Shown here piece by piece: positions 8,153 through 10,362 of a stretch of DNA of 10,362 nucleotides. The position numbers and the translations under genes were made by a program. Positions within the stretch are counted from its first letter, which is position 1. Each line of letters opens with the position of its first letter. The DNA comes from Octopus sinensis (taxonomy: Eukaryota), in contig NW_021827480.1 of NCBI RefSeq assembly GCF_006345805.1, positions 1 through 10,362 of the forward strand, written 5' to 3'. The notes beneath the pieces were generated by a model. The model saw nothing but the letters and a program-made list of their open reading frames with translations. It made no database searches and was not told the DNA's origin.

Positions 8153-8457
8153 CACGCATGGTAACTGCAACCACTAAAGCACAATTACTGCTATCGCATT
8201 AGTAATGCCAAATATAAACCGTGCTCATGTTTCTGGCAAACAGTTCTGAGGTTATTCGCAAAGTTCAGAGCTTGTCTTTCAAAATTGCATTCTTCTGCCA
8301 TCCAACGTTCATCCACCAGCGCCACCGCTAGCCTGCTTCTGATTGGTTGAAATGTATAAAGGATCTTACGCAACAGAAAAATCAATCCCGTACTCTATCG
8401 CCATTCATTTTTCTGTATCTTTGTCTTTCTCTGCCTCTCACTTTCTTATACTCACAG

Positions 8458-8459
<2 letters not shown>

Positions 8460-8524
<65 letters not shown>
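8460..8524. repeat. (CT)n microsatellite
   Basis: About 30 CT units. Confidence 0.97.
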
Positions 8525-8531
<7 letters not shown>

Positions 8532-8574
8532 TCATTCTATATACGCGTATCAGTGTGTGTGTGTGTATGTTTGT

Positions 8575-8770
8575 GTAATTTCTACTCTTCTTCTCTGGAA
8601 GCCATCTACCCGCAATACCAGAGGGCGCACACTCTCCTACCCTGATGTAATCTCCAGGGATACAGGCATCCAGCAACAGGACCTCCGTAATGCCATGATG
8701 GACCGTGAAGTTTGGCGTAGCATGGTAAATTCTATTGTCTCGACCACGGTCGAACAATGATGATGATGAT
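8575..8770 (+). mobile_element. 5'-truncated RTE-clade LINE 3' end with (TGA)n tail and 10-bp TSD
   Basis: End of ORF 8347..8760: VISTLLLWKPSTRNTRGRTLSYPDVISRDTGIQQQDLRNAMMDREVWRSMV resembles the RTE ORF C-terminus (LLWxP...RGR...Y.D.L..DTG....L..AM.DR..WR). Stop TGA then (TGA)n; tgtttgtgta occurs at 8568-8577 and 8772-8781. Confidence 0.85.
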
Positions 8771-8796
8771 GTGTTTGTGTATATATAAATATATAT

Positions 8797-9072
8797 ATTC
8801 TTTTTTCTTTTATATTCTTTTACTTACTTCAGTCATTTGACTGTAGCCATGCTGGAGCATCCCTTTTAGTCGAAGAAATCGGCCCAAGGACTTATTCTTC
8901 GTAAGCCAAGTACGTATTCTGTCGATCGCATTTGCCGAACCGCTAACCGACTGGGGCGAAAACGTACCGACATCGGTTGTCAAGCGATGGTAGAGAGACG
9001 AACACAGACACAAATACACATACACACAAACACATATATACGACGGGCTTCTCTCAGTTTCTGTCACCAAAT
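8797..9072 (-). mobile_element. 5'-truncated copy of SINE family 1
   Basis: Aligns with 1785-2000 and 2285-2320 (cagtcatttga..gccatgctggagca; tttgccgaaccgctaa; catcggttgtcaagcgatg; atatacgacgggcttct.tcagttt). Lacks the tRNA head. Confidence 0.9.
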
Positions 9073-9318
9073 GCAATTATTTCAGAAATCCTAGGAATAG
9101 ATAGGGCACGACTTTCTCAAAACACGTATGGTATGAAAAGAAGTTGATTCTTCCTATTTTAAAACAAAACTTTGAAAAATTTCGCCCATGAAGGCAGGAA
9201 TCTTACCAAAATTCTATGAAACATTCCCTGTGCTTAAGTGTGCCTTGAAACGAAAATCTGAGCTTTGCACTATTGAAGGCACTTTTCGAAACTGTTGCTT
9301 TGCAATGATTTTAAATAC

Positions 9319-9672
9319 TGTGGCCAACCCCTCCGCGCTTACAAGGACCAGCTGAAGCAAACCTTAAACTGACTTGAATCAGTCTCAAAGCCAGGGACAT
9401 TGAAACTCAGGATAGCCCAGGCTGGCATCATTCCATCTTCATTGTGACAAATCCTTTTGAAGATGAACGACAGAGGAAAGAGGAAGAGAAACGACAAGAA
9501 AGAAAATGGAGGCTGCAACAACCAACGCCTGCACCACGGATCCCCTATGAACTTTGCAACAGACGCTTCCATGCAAGAATCGGCCTCATTAGTGATCAGA
9601 GGCATAAACACGGACAGAGGGGAAGAAGTGGTCATGAAAACCCAAATAAATCATCGGACACACGATAAAAAG
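9319..9672 (+). mobile_element. Decayed RTE-BovB-like LINE 3' end with degenerate C-terminal C2H2 zinc finger
   Basis: GQPLRAYKDQLKQTL (9322-9366), a frameshift and stop (TGA 9375), then D..GW...FEDERQRKEEEKRQERK...PAPRIPYELCNRRFHARIGLISDQRHKH (cf. C..C.R.FRARIGLISHxRxH). Confidence 0.85.
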
Positions 9673-9681
9673 GCCACTGGC

Positions 9682-9814
9682 GCCGCTGCCGCCGGTGCCG
9701 CTGCCGCCGGTGCCGCTGCCGCCGGTGCCGCTGCCGCGGTGGCGCGCTGCCGCCGGTGCCGCTGCCGCCGGTGCCTCTGCCGCCGGTGCCGCTGCCGCCG
9801 GTGCCGCCGCCGCT
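9682..9814. repeat. GC-rich 15-bp minisatellite (GCCGCTGCCGCCGGT), about 9 copies
   Basis: Units start at 9682, 9697, 9712, 9727 (14 bp), 9741 (17 bp), 9758, 9773, 9788 and 9803 (partial). The unit is 13/15 G+C with 3 CpG. Confidence 0.97.
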
Positions 9815-10009
9815 GACGAGACGAAATACCGAATGGCTAACATCACGGCTAATTAAAACTTTGCCATTTGTCATCGTTCTATTTGATCTACTAGTTTAAA
9901 ATAAATCGGTATTTGTGAGATACTTTTCTTTTCCGCAATCTTGTGGTTTTTTTTTGTTTTTTGTTCTGAATAGAATTATATCAGACCGTATATTTTTGGT
10001 ATATTTCAG

Positions 10010-10150
10010 TTTAGTAAATTTCACCGTGGTGGACTTTGCCTTTCCTCCTTTCGAGTTCGATGAATTAACTACCAGTTGCGTATTGGTGTCGATCTAATCG
10101 ACTGGCCGCCTCCCCCAAAATTTCGAGCCTTGTGCCTAGAGTAGAAAAAC
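10010..10150 (+). mobile_element. Degenerate 5'-truncated copy of SINE family 2
   Basis: ggactttgcctttcctcctttcgagttcgatgaattaactaccagttgcgtattggtgtcgatctaatcgact aligns with the reverse complement of 5453-5525, with a different 3' tail. Confidence 0.85.
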
Positions 10151-10239
10151 TATATTTTACATCAGGTATTGCAGTTTTCTTTTTACAGATTTCACATAAT
10201 CCTTTATTATCCAAGAAATATGCTTCAAACACGTATTTC

Positions 10240-10362
10240 TGTATGCTTGCGTGGTTGTGCATGTTTGTGTCTGTGCATGCATGCGTGTGTTTCCATTTGT
10301 GCCTGTTTTGACAACTGTTGTTGGTTCATTTGCGTCCTTGTAATTTTAGCAGTTCAGCAGAG
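10240..10362 (+). mobile_element. Old plus-strand SINE family 1 piece (degenerate GT spacer + start of 3' domain), running off the window end
   Basis: ttgacaactgttgttggttcatttgcgtccttgtaattttagcagttcagcag resembles cttgacaaccgatgctgatgtgtttacgtcccctaacttagcggttcggcaa (reverse complement of 1903-1953), with CpG decay. Confidence 0.6.

Noticed and set aside
6912-8174. Minus-strand Val/Gly-rich ORFs (up to 235 aa)
   Set aside because: Antisense read-out of (ACC)n-type repeats, which seldom produce stops.
9457-9816. 119-aa ORF with AAAAG and CRR repeats (antifreeze- or protamine-like look)
   Set aside because: Off-frame RTE sequence running into the 15-bp minisatellite.
9806-9850. Hammerhead-ribozyme-like core CTGACGA-gac-GAAA with possible stem I (gccg/cggc)
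   Set aside because: Stem II is only 3 nt, stem III does not pair cleanly, and the GAAA part is better explained as a SINE remnant. An Infernal search with Rfam hammerhead models would settle it.
10170-10245. Plus-strand acceptor (ttttctttttacag, 10188) with a short open frame
   Set aside because: Only weak donors follow and it is wedged between SINE remnants; not enough support.

Overview
Eukaryotic, very microsatellite-rich DNA. The SINE families and repeat make-up look like an octopod cephalopod (Octopus sp.) intron or intergenic region; this is from recall of those repeats, not a database search. There is no intact recognisable gene, RNA gene or CRISPR array. Almost all listed ORFs are artefacts of di-, tri- and tetranucleotide repeats. 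The identifiable content is four decayed non-LTR retrotransposon fragments: a Tx1/L1-type RT piece (2461-2922), an R4/Dong-type 3' end on a (TAA)16 tract (4569-4895, minus), an RTE-type 3' end with a 10-bp TSD (8575-8770), and an RTE-BovB-like 3' end with a decayed C2H2 finger (9319-9672). There are also about 8 copies or fragments of three tRNA-derived SINE families, several large compound microsatellites, a 1.2-kb (ACC)n-derived field with an internal tandem duplication, and a GC-rich 15-bp minisatellite. I cannot support a novel biological system. The best leads are: (1) a minus-strand TATA / first exon / perfect splice donor at 5225-5380, whose TATA was duplicated by a SINE insertion and whose donor can be sequestered in a hairpin; (2) a possible cryptic, frameshifted low-complexity coding segment at 6819-8205; (3) nested SINE-in-SINE and unknown-element-in-SINE insertions at 1725-2460; (4) the microsatellite-associated Dong element.
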